NCBI GenBank assembly: GCA_951406725.2
Contig: OX597816.1
Span: forward strand, 170,748,001 to 170,812,000
Reading direction: 5' to 3'
From: Octopus vulgaris
Lineage: Eukaryota
DNA: 64,000 bases
Position numbers and translations under genes: made by a program. The notes beneath the pieces were generated by a model, which was given only the letters and a program-made list of their open reading frames with translations, ran no database searches and was not told the origin of the DNA. This document shows positions 26,454 through 39,781 of the stretch, one piece after another (positions within the stretch are counted from its first letter, which is position 1; each line of letters starts with the position of its first letter).

Positions 26454-26556
26454 ATTAGAGGTCAGATTCCCCATATACTTACAGACGACAGCGACTCGGG
26501 AAAAAATCTAAAAGACTTTTGAATTTATCATGTTAGATTTGAAGAGTCTAATTTAT

Positions 26557-26965
26557 GCGCAGGAGTGGCTGTGTGGTAAGTAGCTTGCTTACCAACCACA
26601 TGGTTCTGGGTTCAGTCCCACTGCGTGGCACCTTGGGCAAGTGTCTTCTACTATAGCCTCGGGCTGACCAAAGCCTTGTGAGTGGATTTGGTAGACGGAA
26701 GCTGCAAAGAAAAGCCCGTTGTATATATGTATATATATGTATATATGTGTGTGTCTGTGTTTGTCCCCCTAGCATTGCTTGACAACCAATGCTGGTGTGT
26801 TTATGTCTCCATTACTTAGCAGTTCGGCAAAAGAGACCGATAGAATAAGTACTGGGCTTACAAAAATAATAAGTCCCGGGGTCGATTTGCTCGACTAAAG
26901 GCGGTGCTCCAGCATGGCCGCAGTCAAATGACTGAAACAAGTAAAAGAGTAAGAGTAAAAGAGTA
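26557..26965 (+). mobile_element. Full-length CORE-type SINE (family B)
   Basis: GCGCAGGAGTGGCTGTGTGGTAAG head, GGGTTCAGTCCC B-box-like, CACCTTGGGCAAGTGTCTT CORE-like block, internal microsatellite, (AAGAGTA)n tail. Confidence 0.88.
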
Positions 26966-27052
26966 TGTCATTTAATTTTGACGTAAATAAATGAAGACAA
27001 GTTTATGCACGTTCATTGAATTTACGCATAATGAACCTGTTTTATTTCGATA

Positions 27053-28358
27053 CTAGCAGTATCGCCCGGCGTTGCTCGGGTTTGTAAGGGAAATAACTAT
27101 ATAAGCATTTTTAGAGAGTTATAGCCAAAAAATAGCAAAAAAATGCATTAAAAATGGAAAAAAAATGATGGTAATTTTTTTTTTAATCGTTGACTCATCG
27201 TAGACATTTTTAGAGAGTTACTTCCCTTATATAATAGTGAAAAAATGCATTAAAATGGAAAAAAAATGATGGTAATTTTTTTTTTTAATCGTAGACTCAT
27301 CGTAGACGTGCGCTAATACCCAGAAGGGCTCGATATGAATCACGACTATAAGATACCCGGTTTTGGTTAAACTGCACCGCAAAATGTGGGAGTAGTTAGG
27401 AATCTAAATCGTACGAGACAGACACACAACCTTACTTTTATATATAAAGACTAGCAGTATCGCCCGGCGTTGCTCGGGTTTGTAAGGGAAATAACTATAT
27501 AAGCATTTTAGAGAGTTATAGCCAAAAAATAGCAAAAAATGCATTCAAAAAAAAAATGATGGTAAATTTTTTTTTAAATCGTTGACTCATCGTAGACATT
27601 TTTAGAGAGTTACTTCCCTTATATAATAGTGAAAAAATGCATTAAAATGGAAAAAAAATGATGGTAATTTTTTTTTTTAATCGTAGACTCATCGTAGACG
27701 TGCGCTAATACCCAGAAGGGCTCGATATGAATCACGACTATAAGATACCCGGTTTTGGTTAAACTGCATCGCAAAATGTGGGAGTAGTTAGGAATCTAAA
27801 TCGTAGGAGACAGACACACAACCTTACTTTTATATATAAAGACTAGCAGTATCGCCCGGCGTTGCTCGGGTTTGTAAGGGAAATAACTATATAAGCATTT
27901 TTAGAGAGTTACTTCCCTTATAGAAGCCAATTCGGGCTTTCTTAGCCATTTCTGTTTTGGTGTCTTCAAGCCATGAAGTCGTTGTTCTAAAAGAACGCTG
28001 GTCTCCTTGACAACGCATTACGACGTTGATTTCCTTAAACTCCCTTCCCCACAGCTTCACGAGGGAGGGAAGAAGGGGGAGAAGCAAACACAGGTGCAGG
28101 TGTTTGAGCGTGGACGCCAACTCCGCCGCCATCGACACACGAAAAATTATGCATTAAAATGGAATAAAAAATGATGTTAAATTATTTTTAAAATCGTAGA
28201 CTCATCGTAGACGCACGCTAATAGCCAGACGGGCTCGATATTAATCACGACTATAATATACCCGAATTTGGTTAAACTGCACCGCAAAATGTGGGAGGAG
28301 TTAGGAATCTAAATCGTAGGAGACAGACACTACACAACTAGAGTTTTATATATAAAGA
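27053..28358 (-). mobile_element. Head-to-tail trimer of non-autonomous Helitron (27053-27450, 27451-27842, 27843-28358)
   Basis: Each unit has a TC start and hairpin plus CTAG end on the minus strand; junctions read CTAG|TC with no spacer; the third unit has a different internal segment. Confidence 0.85.
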
Positions 28359-28603
28359 TATGTGCATGTGCTAGGATTCCTCTCTCACGAGCGTATTTTG
28401 TTTGTATACCCGTAACGTAGTGGATCGGCAAATGCAATTGTTAGAAATTAATACTTGTGTCGATTCGTTCGACTAAACCCTTGGAGGTGGTGCCCTGACA
28501 TCGTGGCCGCTCAATGACTAAAACAAGTAAAAGATAAAAGATTACACGCACACACAAACACACACACTTACCCGCGCACACACACGCACATAATATATAT
28601 ACT

Positions 28604-28794
28604 CCTGTGTCCTTATGTTTACAAGGGGGAGACAAGCACCTCCACCCAGCTAAGCCTGCATCCAGAGACTAGTGCATCCAGAGACTAGTGCTTGTCTCCC
28701 CCTTGTAAACATAAGGACACAAGCACTAGTCTCTGGATGCAGGCTTAGCTGGGTGGAGGTGCTTGTCCCCCCCTTGCAACCATAAGGACACAGG
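28604..28794. repeat. Complex nested inverted/direct duplication
   Basis: Order A-B-b-A'-B'-A' where A=CCTGTGTCCTTATGTTTACAAGGGGGAGACAAGCAC and B=CTCCACCCAGCTAAGCCTGCATCCAGAGACTAGTGC. Confidence 0.85.
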
Positions 28795-29031
28795 AAATGT
28801 GTCAAGGCCGACAGGAAGCGTTGCTACTTCCTAGGGCTAAATAGCAGTAGTGTGATTCCCTTCATGGGACTGTCACATTAAGTTGACAGTATACAACTAT
28901 TAGATCCAGTTTCTTATTGCTAAAAGAAGAGATTATCCTAAAGAGATTAGGAGAGACTAAAAATCAAAATCTAATTTTTTTATTATTAAATATTTTTGCA
29001 TATTTAGAGTTTTTAAAATTTTTATTAATTA

Positions 29032-29404
29032 CTAGCAGTATCGCCCGGCGTTGCTCAGGTTTGTAAGGGAAATAACTATAAAGCATTTTTAGAGAGTTAT
29101 AGGCAAAAAATAGCAAAAAAATTACGGTAAATTTTTTTGAGAGTTAAAAAAGGTGGAGTTGCGTCCCCTAGACAGTTTGCGGTTTGTGTTTCTGATTCTC
29201 GACCCCATGTCGAATTTATCGATTTTTTTCAGAACTGGGGGAACTTTTCAAAATTTTCGCTGCGTTAGTTTTGAATTATGACATTGGGCTATGTGTGTGT
29301 CAAGTTTCATCAGAATCGGTTGAAAGCCGTGGTCAGGGTGAGGGTACACGCAAACAGACACACAGAAACACGCACAGACAAACTGCCGTTTATATAGAGA
29401 GAGA
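29032..29404 (-). mobile_element. Non-autonomous Helitron sharing the 3' end but with a different 5' half
   Basis: Same CTAGCAGTATCGCCCGGCGTTGCTC terminus; 5' end on minus strand A|TCTCTCTCTATATAAACGGCAG. Confidence 0.78.
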
Positions 29405-31506
29405 TAATTCTCATGGATCTAATAAAGTTAGATTTTAGATGTTTGGCAAAAGGTATTATGATCCAAGTAGTGTTATTGCTATTTTCTTCCTTTTTAAACA
29501 CGTCGTCTTTCTTAAATACGATGGATGGTGAACGTATAGTTCATTCCGACAGGAAACCACAAAATGTTTAACGTCCAGAGTTTCACTCTTGAAGAGCAAT
29601 GAAATGCTCGCAAATTACTTGTTTCTCGAGATATATTGAACGCTTGGCATTATTTCTTTGGGTGCTTCTTCCACGTCTTCCTGACTAGCTGTCTCCGAAC
29701 GCTTAGTATTTATGGAAATACTTTTATACGTTACTGCGCTTTGTGTGTTTTTGCCAACACCTTGTGGAGAATGATGGCTTAGTCAGCTCGTGATTTTTCG
29801 ATCTTCATCAGTTCGGCCGCTTGGGCCAGACATAAGTCTTTTTGTATGATATCCAAATTCTACAGTCCAGTGCCTTTAGTAACCGTTCCTGCCAATGTAT
29901 TGCTGTTATTGTTGTTGATGTTATTATTATTCAAGCTGGAAATATTGTTGCCATTTGTGCTGCCGAAGCTGAAGTTTTGTTAATACTCTTTTCTATTTGT
30001 TTCAGTCATTTGAGTGCGGCCATGCTGAAGCACCACATTGAAAGATTTTATCGAACAAATCGACCCAGGGGCTTTTATCCTTCTATCATAATTTTAGTTG
30101 TTGCAGTGATGGTGGTTTTGGAGTTGACAGTGGTCGTGTACGTGGCCGTATTGCCGCTGTTGGTTGATTGCCACTTTTACTGGGGACAGTCAATTTCGTA
30201 GTTGGAATTAAATTCACGTGCTGTGTTGCTGTTGTTTTTGCTGCTTTTAGTCGCCTTAGTGGTCCACTGGACTTTCAACTTGGTGAGTGTTCACCTTCTC
30301 TTCCATTTGAGGATTGAAGCTAAATGAATCTGACGTATATTGCAACTCACTATCAAATCTACATCTGACTTCTTCCACCAAGTCTTTCAGCAAAGCGAAC
30401 GTCGCTATGTTTGTTTTCTAAATGATTGTTTTTTACCCAAACAAATAAAAAGTTTTCTTTCAGAATTTGAACCACCAAAGGGAAACAAATAGACCAACAA
30501 GACCAGTGCAATTTCTGATGGTTTTAACGAACGATTTGTAAACACAATTAAGCAACTAACAAATTTTGGAGGTACAAATAAACGGATAAAACTTAAGACA
30601 TACGTCCAGGCCTCTGTAACAAAGCTCAGGTATTCGTTTGCTGTCTTCTGGGATCAGGATAACTCTAATGTCGACTACCCGTTCAAAGTAAGCTGCCAAG
30701 AATGACCGCGAGTTAGGAGACGATGTCCTCATTCATATGGCTTCTGGTGGATGCCTCTGGTGTACCTCCACCTTAAATATTCTAAGGTCGGTTTATGGGT
30801 AGGTAATCCACGTATTATTTGAGCTTTGAAAATAACATACATCATGTGACCTGTCTCATCCAATGAAATATATATCGCTCCATGTATCTGCAAATTAGAC
30901 ACCAAATAGCTGTTTAGGGAGCACAAGAAAAAGAGTCCTGAAACAATGTTATTGTACAGACACATTACTTAACTTCTCACTTGTTGCCTAGGCGATAGCT
31001 TGTGACAGAGAGGCGGTCGCTTTTGTCATTTGCTATCAAGCTATTGATCTTTTCAACAAGGATTCTCTTATTTCAAGGAACACCTGAAGAGAGAGGGTCT
31101 GACCAGTATTTGAAACACTTTCGTTTGACCAAGAATATGTGTGAATATGGAACTGCTTGTTGTTGATGTTTGAAATCTACAAGACTTTCTTTCTTTCTGG
31201 ATGAAATGTCATGACTTTGGGACTTTGTACGCTTAGAAAGCCTGTTGTCATTATGGTTTTGTCTTGTTTTCTGCTGTCTTTTTCATATATGAGTATAAGA
31301 TGGTGATGATTGCCATGTGATACGAAAACATTATTGTAACGTGAAATAGAAGTGCCATTATGTTTTGTCTTAAACTGGTATAATTATCTGTATAAAATAA
31401 AATCTGAAATTAATTTTATTGTTTTGTTTTATTTGAAAATTTCGAAGAATCTCGGAGCGCGTTTAAACTTGTCTAAATGAATCATCAGAGACAACCATCG
31501 CCACCG

Positions 31507-31551
<45 letters not shown>

Positions 31552-32013
31552 TTTATGCATTTTATTCCAAAAATACTAAAACATCTTCAAACTCAATATG
31601 AAAGCTAACATTCATGATGAAAATCAAGTCGACAAAATGATTAAATTAAAAATGTGTTATGTAAGTTTAATATGAATGGGAGCGTGTATTTATCTATGTG
31701 TGTAAGTATATTCGTATGTGTATGTGTGTGTGTGTGTATGCGTGCGTGTGTGCGCGTGTGTGTGTGTGTGTGTGTGTTACGCATTTATATCTGCGAGCAT
31801 GTGTACGCACTGAGTATAAAACTCTAAGGCGAGAACATCTTGAGCATATTTCAGTGACAACTCTCTCACAAATATACAAATATAAAGATTATGACACTCC
31901 AAAACCCCTTAAAACGGCATTAGCACGGTTTGCTCAAACTCGTAACATATTAACATAAAATGAAAATTCTGAGCCCATTCTAGAAGAATCGAACGAGCAG
32001 ACCTTATAAATAT

Positions 32014-32405
32014 TTTACTCTTTACTCTTTTACTTGTTTCAGTCATTTGACTGCGGCAATGCTGGAGCACCGCCTTTAGTCGAGCAAATCGACCCCGGGA
32101 CTTATTCTTTGTAAGCCCAGTACTTATTCTATCGGTCTCTTTTGCCGACGGGGACGTAAACACACCAGCATCGGTTGTCAAGCAATGCTAGGGGGACAAA
32201 CACAGACACACAAACATATACACATACACTTATATATATACATATATACGACAGGCTTCTTTCAGTTTCCGTCTACCAAATCCACTCACAAGGCATTGGT
32301 CGGCCCGGGGCTATAGCAGAAGACACTTGCCCAAGATGCCGCGCAGTGGGACTGAACCCGGAACCATGTGGTTGGTTAGCAAGCTACTTACCACACAGCC
32401 ACTCC
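32014..32405 (-). mobile_element. SINE family B
   Basis: Reverse complement of 26557-26965 type. Confidence 0.88.
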
Positions 32406-34659
32406 AGCTGACATCCTCGATTAAACAAAGTCCAGCAGTGAGATAGTAATGCAACCTTGGAGCGGTGTAGACATCCGGCACTTTCATACGCTGAATGAGG
32501 ATATCGTAGTCATTTAGCTTAATTTTGTTTTAGTCTCAGTTCCCGACATAACGTTTTAGTTAAAACATTGATATTTAATTCTGGATTTAAAAGACTTATG
32601 AGCCTAAATTTAACCATTATACCCTCTATTCTGTTCCAGGCTTCTGGCTAAGACATGCTACACATGTCCACTAGTAGCAACTTGCCATCATTTTCGAAGC
32701 AGCCAGTCCAATGGGCGAGTAATCCATCGTAAAACCCTGCCATCTGAAAAGGTAACCCTAGTCTCGTTAAAGCTTCTTACACTTAAATTGAGAGTAATTT
32801 AATTATACAGCAGCTGATCTTAATTGTAACAAAATACCACAAACCCCACCAAAAAAAAACGACAATAGTATTAACAAAAAAAATATAACAGGTTCATAAC
32901 CCGATTCTTATTTTTCTTTAGCTCTAAAATTTTGTGAGTAATTGCGGTTTATTTCTCAAAGAAATTTCCCACATACTTAAGAAAGAGATTTTTTTTTTAT
33001 CTTACTGGATCTTTATCAGAAACTGATATTTATCTCTTTGAAGAAATATCATCGGCTTTTGCCCCCTATTTACACAAACGCTCTTCTTCCGTTACCAGTT
33101 CATTAATTAGCGTCATGTTATTCTATGAAACAATTATGAAAGCTTAGATAAAAGAATCACATGCCACTTTGTAATTAATATTTGTTGATTTGCCACGAGA
33201 AACATTAAACTGTTTTAGACTAATTCCTATGCATTCTCTTTTAAATGATTTACTTCCTGTGAGCGGAATTTGGTTTTGAATTAATATTGAATTAATGTAG
33301 GGCTGGTGTGTCTGATTGACGTTGTTCTGGAGAGGGAGTTTTGGATTTGCTAATTCTCTTTCACTATACATTGTTTGAATTATAAAGGGCCTCATATTCA
33401 CTCATTAACGCTATTGTATGAGAGCTTGTCCAAAGTTCAGCTCCCATCGGCTTGTTGCTGGGTTGAAACCCTCTCAGGATCAGTTTTCGTAATTGTTCTC
33501 CTTTTGTTGATTCTCATGTTTCAAAATTGTGTATGTCGAAATTTTGGATTTTCTGCACTGTTAACATTGTACTGTTAAATTTCTTCTATTGTTACTAGGA
33601 ATGAAATAAAACATAACCTTAGGTTCGCCTTTTAAATGGTTTCTCAATACTCATTTCAACATTATAGTTCATCTGTCACTTTCACATAATTTCGTTTGGG
33701 TATTAAATTCTCTGCTCCCGGCAAAGTATATGCCTGCGTTTCTTTCATTTGTTCAACCATCATTATAACATTAGTACACGGAAAACTACAGTTCCTTTCA
33801 ATAGCATTTTTCTGTTGTCGACAGATTTTCATTGCTAGCATTATTTTAACGGCTTTTGTTGCCGGTATTACCTCTACTTCTGTTACTATTATTGTTTTCA
33901 CACGTTTAAGTTGACGTTTTCATTTTTCAGATTAACATTGATTGTATGAAAACAGTTGCTGAAATTATTAATGCTATTTTGGCAAATTTTTTGAAACATT
34001 AGATGCTTCTACTTTATTTCCGCCACATCTTCGTAATACAGAACACAATTTAAAACTAGAAGAAAATAAATCACAAAACAATACTTTTTTTCACCATCTT
34101 AAGAGGAAGAAATTGAACAATGAAGCTCCATTCTGTTTAAGCCATATAACAATAACATAACAAAATGAAACGTCGTTATAGAAAACAAATATTATAACAA
34201 GCCTATAGGTGAACTGCTTAAGGACAGGTCTCTAAGTATTGCAAACAAATATTAATCACAAAAAAAGGGAGCGTCGAAGAGGTCGCTCTGAATTCTGCAA
34301 ACTACAACCAAATGCCTTTATACACAAGACTGCATTCTCAAAAAGGAATGAACTGTTGGACAATTTAGCTTTAGATATAAAAAATAAGACTGAACGTCTT
34401 TTATAATCGGTCTACTCAGTAACGGATGGCTTTCCTTAAACAACAACGACAACAATTATATTAATTGTTGGTATAATCATAAGGCATTAGAAGGATATTG
34501 TCAATTTTACAAGCTCTAGTATTTAGCGGGTACTTGTTTTTTCAACCAAGGTTGAAACTAGAATGATCTCATTAAATCAGCAACGATAAAAGTTTCGACT
34601 TAGAGTACCAAAAATAACCACTTCTACTATTGGCTAAAGGCCTGAAATTTATACGGAGA

Positions 34660-34795
34660 GGTTAGTCGATTACATCGATCCCAGTACTCAACTGGTACTT
34701 ATTCCATCGACCTGGGAGGAATTTGATCTCAGAACGTAGAGGTAGACGAAATGCCTCAAAGTATTTTCTCTGGCGTGCAATTTTTTCTGCTAGCT
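34660..34795 (-). mobile_element. Degraded SINE family C fragment
   Basis: AGTCGATTACATCGA.CCCAGT..AACTGGTACTTA..CTCAGAACGTA..AGACGAAATGC matches reverse complement of family C. Confidence 0.6.
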
Positions 34796-35215
34796 TTGCT
34801 GTTTTTACTTTACCAATATAATAACGATCCTTTTTGATATAGACGCACATGACTAATTTTTATGTTGGAAAGGAAAGTCGATTATATCAACCCCATTGCT
34901 TGGCCAGTACCATATTTTATCTAACCTCGAAACGATGAAAAGTTAAAATCGTCCTCGGCAGGATTCGAAATCATGATTTTAACAAGCAATATATTGAAGA
35001 AAAAAGGCAAGTAGTTAAGGAATTTATTACGCGGTTCATTTATAATTACTAGAATTAGCAGTGTACAAGCGTTTCACACACACACACAGACACATATGTT
35101 GCTTTAATACATACTCTGCAAATATAATTTACGCATACATACATACATACATACACACGTACGTAAGTACGTACGCACATACATACATACATACATGCAT
35201 ACACATATATATATA

Positions 35216-35323
35216 TACTAAGTAATTAAGGGTTTAGCAACGATTTGCCTCACCACACACCTGCTATTTCTAAATTCGGTGTGTGGTGAGGCAAATCGTT
35301 GCTAAACCCTTAATTACTTAGTA
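35216..35323. repeat. Perfect 46-bp hairpin (16-nt spacer) in a (TA)n-flanked module
   Basis: TACTAAGTAATTAAGGGTTTAGCAACGATTTGCCTCACCACACACC / exact reverse complement 35278-35323. Confidence 0.9.
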
Positions 35324-35418
35324 TTACTTAAACCTTCCTTTTGCATACCGAACTCTACTTGGTGAAATTAATGATTATTTCTAAATTAATTAATTAGTTT
35401 CACCCTTTATTATTGATA

Positions 35419-35456
<38 letters not shown>

Positions 35457-36459
35457 GTAAATGATGTGTTGTAAATTTATGGAAAATATACACCACACTA
35501 AGTATTGTTTCTGTCATGTCATATCTTAATTCAAATATAGCCATATCTTTCCATTGGACATTTCTATACAAACTTTTCCCTACACGGCTTATTTGGAGTT
35601 AGAATTTCTGATTTCCTTACTCATCTATAGCGGGAACGTCTCTAAAACCTCTCTCACTTATATTTTCAAATAACCGTTATAGCCTTTAGTTTAGTTAATA
35701 CCTAACTGCACTCACACATATCTTCCTTTCTCATAAGGATAAATATGAATCTCTTAGATCCTATTCTACTTTTTCCTTTCTCAAGTCCTTTGTAAAAAAA
35801 AAATTCTTTATACTTCTTGCACTGAAGAGTACAGTGATATATAATTAATTTAATTTAATCTAATTAATTCTACCCAGCCATGAATTTGCCTGATTTCTAT
35901 ATCGTTCTCGTATATATTTTAACACCTTCTCTTCTCCATTTTTATCAAAATTGTTGAGTTTTATGGGATTTCTTTCCCTAAATTCACAACACACCATATA
36001 CAAGTATTATTTTCATAATACTTTGTATACGGTAGTACTAGGTTCGATGTAAGCGACTTGCCTCATCCCCTCTAAGTGCAGGCTTTGTGTCATATTTGAA
36101 ACCACCACTACCATCATCATCATCATCGTCGTCGTCGTTGTTATCTTTATTATTAGAGAGATGTATGTCAATATTTAGTGTATCAATAAGTGTGTTGAAT
36201 GAAAATGCATTACGGTATTTGTTCCACATGCACGTTCTGAGTTCAAATTCTACCGGTGTCGCTTTTCCTCCTTTCGCTGTTCATAAAACAAAGAGACAGC
36301 CGGGTAATAGAACCGATAACAATTAATCATCTCCCTGAAGATTGATGATCTTGTGCACCTACTGAAAAACCATTGTTGTCATTGCGTTGTTCTTGTTATG
36401 GCCAAAGAATTAGCAAAATTGTCAGAACATCAAACAAAAGGCCGTACTGTATTTGTATT

Positions 36460-37717
36460 ATCAGGTTGAATTAAAAGTAAGCAATTTTTTGAACCATGAA
36501 GAATTTCTACTGGACTTTTGCATAGTTTTGAATTATTTTAAACATATTTTTTCAAATGTCTCATAATACAGAAATAGATTTGCCCAAATGCATCAATAAA
36601 TTAAGAGTGATATTTTTTCACTGTTATTTCAATCATCTGAAATGGAACTGTCAAAGCACAATATTCAAGTAATTTTGCTATTCAACTTCAAAAAAGGACG
36701 TAAATAACTGAAACTACTCGAGATATCAACGAAACGTTTGGTGAAGAACTGGCCTATGAGTGGTCAGCTCGAAAATGGTTTAAACGATTTCGCATCGGAG
36801 ACCTGAGACTTGAAGGTCGTGAGCGTAGTGGACGCCCATCTATCATCGATGACGGTCAATTAAAGACCGTCATTGAGAAAGATCCACGTAAAACCACTCG
36901 CGAACTGGTAAAAGAACTTCAAATTAGCCAGATAACTGCCGGCAATCATTTGCATGCGATCAGAAAATCAAAAATGCACGACAAATGGGTACCACACAAT
37001 TTGAACGAAAATCAGAAAATGCGCTGATGTGAAACATGCTCATCGCGTCTGCGTAAGCAGACCGATCCGTTTCTCGACCGCATTGTAACTTGCGATGAAA
37101 ATTGGATTCTGTACAATAATTTTAAAAAATGTTCTTTGCAGTGGTTGGACTAAAATGAAGCACCGATAACCTTCCCTAAACCCGAGCTCTTGAAAAGGAA
37201 TGCTATGGTAACTGTTTGGTGGTGTACTGCTGGACTCCTCTACTATAACTTCTTAAAAACCCGGAAAAAGCAACCATTAATACAGAAACATATTGCCATG
37301 AAATTGCGAAAATGAACGAAAAACTGCTACTCCTCCGTCCCAGATTGGTGAACAGAAGAGGGCCAATCACTCTTCATGACATTCATGACAATGCTCGACC
37401 ACACATTTCACTAATGACACTCCAGAAGTTGAGGGAACTTGGCCATGAAGTTCTTCCCCACTCACTTTATTCCCAAGACCATTCTCCTACCGACTACCAT
37501 TTTTTGAAGCACCTTGATGATGTCCTGCGAGAGAAGGAGTTCAAAAATAATACCGTTGCTGAAAGTGCCCTCAAGGGGTTCATCAGCTCCAGACCTCCAG
37601 ATTTAATATGTTGATTGTAATGTTACTTACTCTGACGAATAAAATTCCCGTATTGTTGTAATATATTGTCATGAATTTCATGTTTCAAAACGTTGCTTAC
37701 ATTTTACTCAGCCTGAT
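36460..37717 (+). mobile_element. Near full-length defective mariner (DD34D-type) transposon
   Basis: Diverged TIRs ATCAGGTTGAATTAAAAGTAAGCAA / TTGCTTACATTTTACTCAGCCTGAT; interrupted transposase with MELSKHNIQVILLFNFKKG, WVPHNL, IVTCDENWILYNN, HDNARPH, YSQDHSPTDYHF; stops and frameshifts. Confidence 0.92.
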
Positions 37718-38820
37718 CGATCTTTATACTTTGTATTTATGAACTGTGATCGATTTAATCGCCTTAACCCTCAAAGACACACATTTTTGGCCTTGTGTCC
37801 GTTTCAGATATTACCATGGATACTAGAATAGCTTACCAACAAGGAGCACAATACAAATGAATATACCAAGATAGAGAAATATGTTCATTTTAAAAACACA
37901 AGGGAGGCTCACACTTTACCCGCAAGGGAGCAGAATTTCACAAGCCGCTGATATTGAAGCATCAGGATGTCACAAAAAAAACCCTCACATAACAATACTA
38001 AACGGTTATCTACGTAAGAAGCACGACTAACTTGAAGGTCTCGTAGGGTGAAACAAGCTGTTGACAGACTTATTTGAAAGGAATCACGAAGAGACCATTG
38101 TTCAGTTTTTTACATCTAGCCATGCACAAGGGCTCTGCTTTGCATTCTTCTCCAGAAATTCCTTGCAGAACCTTTATGGATAACCTATGACTCAGGAGTA
38201 GAGGAGGAGTAAAGATTGAATAGAGTTGTGCGAGATCCTGACGAATGCATTTGGACATATATGATGTTTCAATAACTGCGGGATTTTCCATATTTTTTAA
38301 AAATTATTCTTTTTAAGTTTTTGTCTTATATTATCACTTATCTTCGCATCAATAGCAATCAGTTTTTCACCGCTCCTCTGTTTTTAGTATAACTTGCTCG
38401 TCTCATCCTACATTTGTTTGTAAATCTCTTGTTCTTAAAGTTTCATATTAATGTAATTTGTATTTAATTGGCGTCGCTCTTTAAAACAAAGAGCGTGCTC
38501 TAATTATTGTCGTCACTGTTGCTCCTTGACGTTCAAAGTCTTTTTTTCTCATAGTTTCATTACTAATTACACTATATAAATAGCGCCTTTTGATTTTTTA
38601 CATCTGGGTATTCTTTTAACTCATTTGCAATTAACTCAATAAAGTTGAACGCTTTCGTTCAAAGCTCTGGGCAAGGCACAAAAGAAAAAGAAGCAAAATT
38701 ATCATCAATATCATTTGATACAAACACTGATTACTTCAGTCTTTTTAGGATAAAGAGGAGCATAATACACACCTGCAAACATTTTAGTTGCTAAGTAAGC
38801 AAAACAGTGAACAAGTGAAA

Positions 38821-39781
38821 CAGTTACAACACTAAAGATGGCAAGTAAATCTGTTCCACCCTTCAGTTTCACCCTTCAGAATAAAACGGTAACAAATCCC
38901 CCACTTCTTAACACTTTGCCATCGATCACAGATCCAGAGATTGCATGGATGGGGTTCACGTTTTGCTTGATTCAACAGACGAACTATTACACAGGTTATG
39001 ACTTTGTTATATTAAACACAAAAACCAACAGTACCACTCCATTGTCTTAAGATAAAGTTTGAGGGCCAACTCCAAGAGTAATCAGCTGGAGAGATAGTAA
39101 AACAGTGATCATCAAACAAACTTTGATTATCCGAGAAATACTTAGCAAACCTTTGTAACAAAAACATCTTTACAGGATTTTTTTCATTCAATAAAGAGAA
39201 ATAAAGAATGTTACCAATGTTGATAATGCCGAAAACGGAGCGAATATTTTCATGCATAATGGAAGGATTAGAAGTAGCTCTAACAAATATGTATGAAAAT
39301 ATTTTGTCTGTAGACCTAGAAAGTAGCTACGAGTCGATGTGCCTAGGATTTTTTTAATTGAGAACGAGGTGGAGGGCGGGTTACGCTGGTACGTTCCGTA
39401 GCTATCTATACATTGTCAACTTTACACTTAGACACGTGGAATATGACAATCACTGTCAAATATATTTGCTGCCTAAACAGTAATGCGAGTTGTGCTACCA
39501 GTTACAACACCGAAGATGGCCAGTAAATCTATTCCACCCTTCAGTTCTACCCTTCAGAATAAAACGGTGACAAATCCTCCTCTTCTTAACAAAGCTTTGC
39601 CATCGATCACAGATCCACAGATTACAAGGTGGGGTCACGTTTTGCTTGATTCAAAAGACTAACGATTGGACAGGTTATCAGTTTGTTATATCAAACACAA
39701 AAACAAACAGTACCACTCCATTGTGTTAAGATAAAGACTGAGGGCCAACTCCAAGATTAACCAGCTGGAGAGATAGTAAAA
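38821..39781 (+). repeat. Diverged ~280-bp direct repeat pair (38821-39100, 39499-39781)
   Basis: CAGTTACAACAC..AAGATGGC.AGTAAATCT.TTCCACCCTTCAG..CAGCTGGAGAGATAGTAAAA occurs twice, 678 bp apart. Confidence 0.85.

Noticed and set aside
29785-29815. Minus-strand CTGATGA-AGATC-GAAA
   Set aside because: No stem II, stem III or stem I pairing.
33144-33998. Cluster of short ORFs in unique AT-rich DNA (similar stretches near 41900-42100 and 62700-63140)
   Set aside because: Frames are interrupted, no motifs recognised and no consistent splice structure; cannot support a gene call without transcript data.
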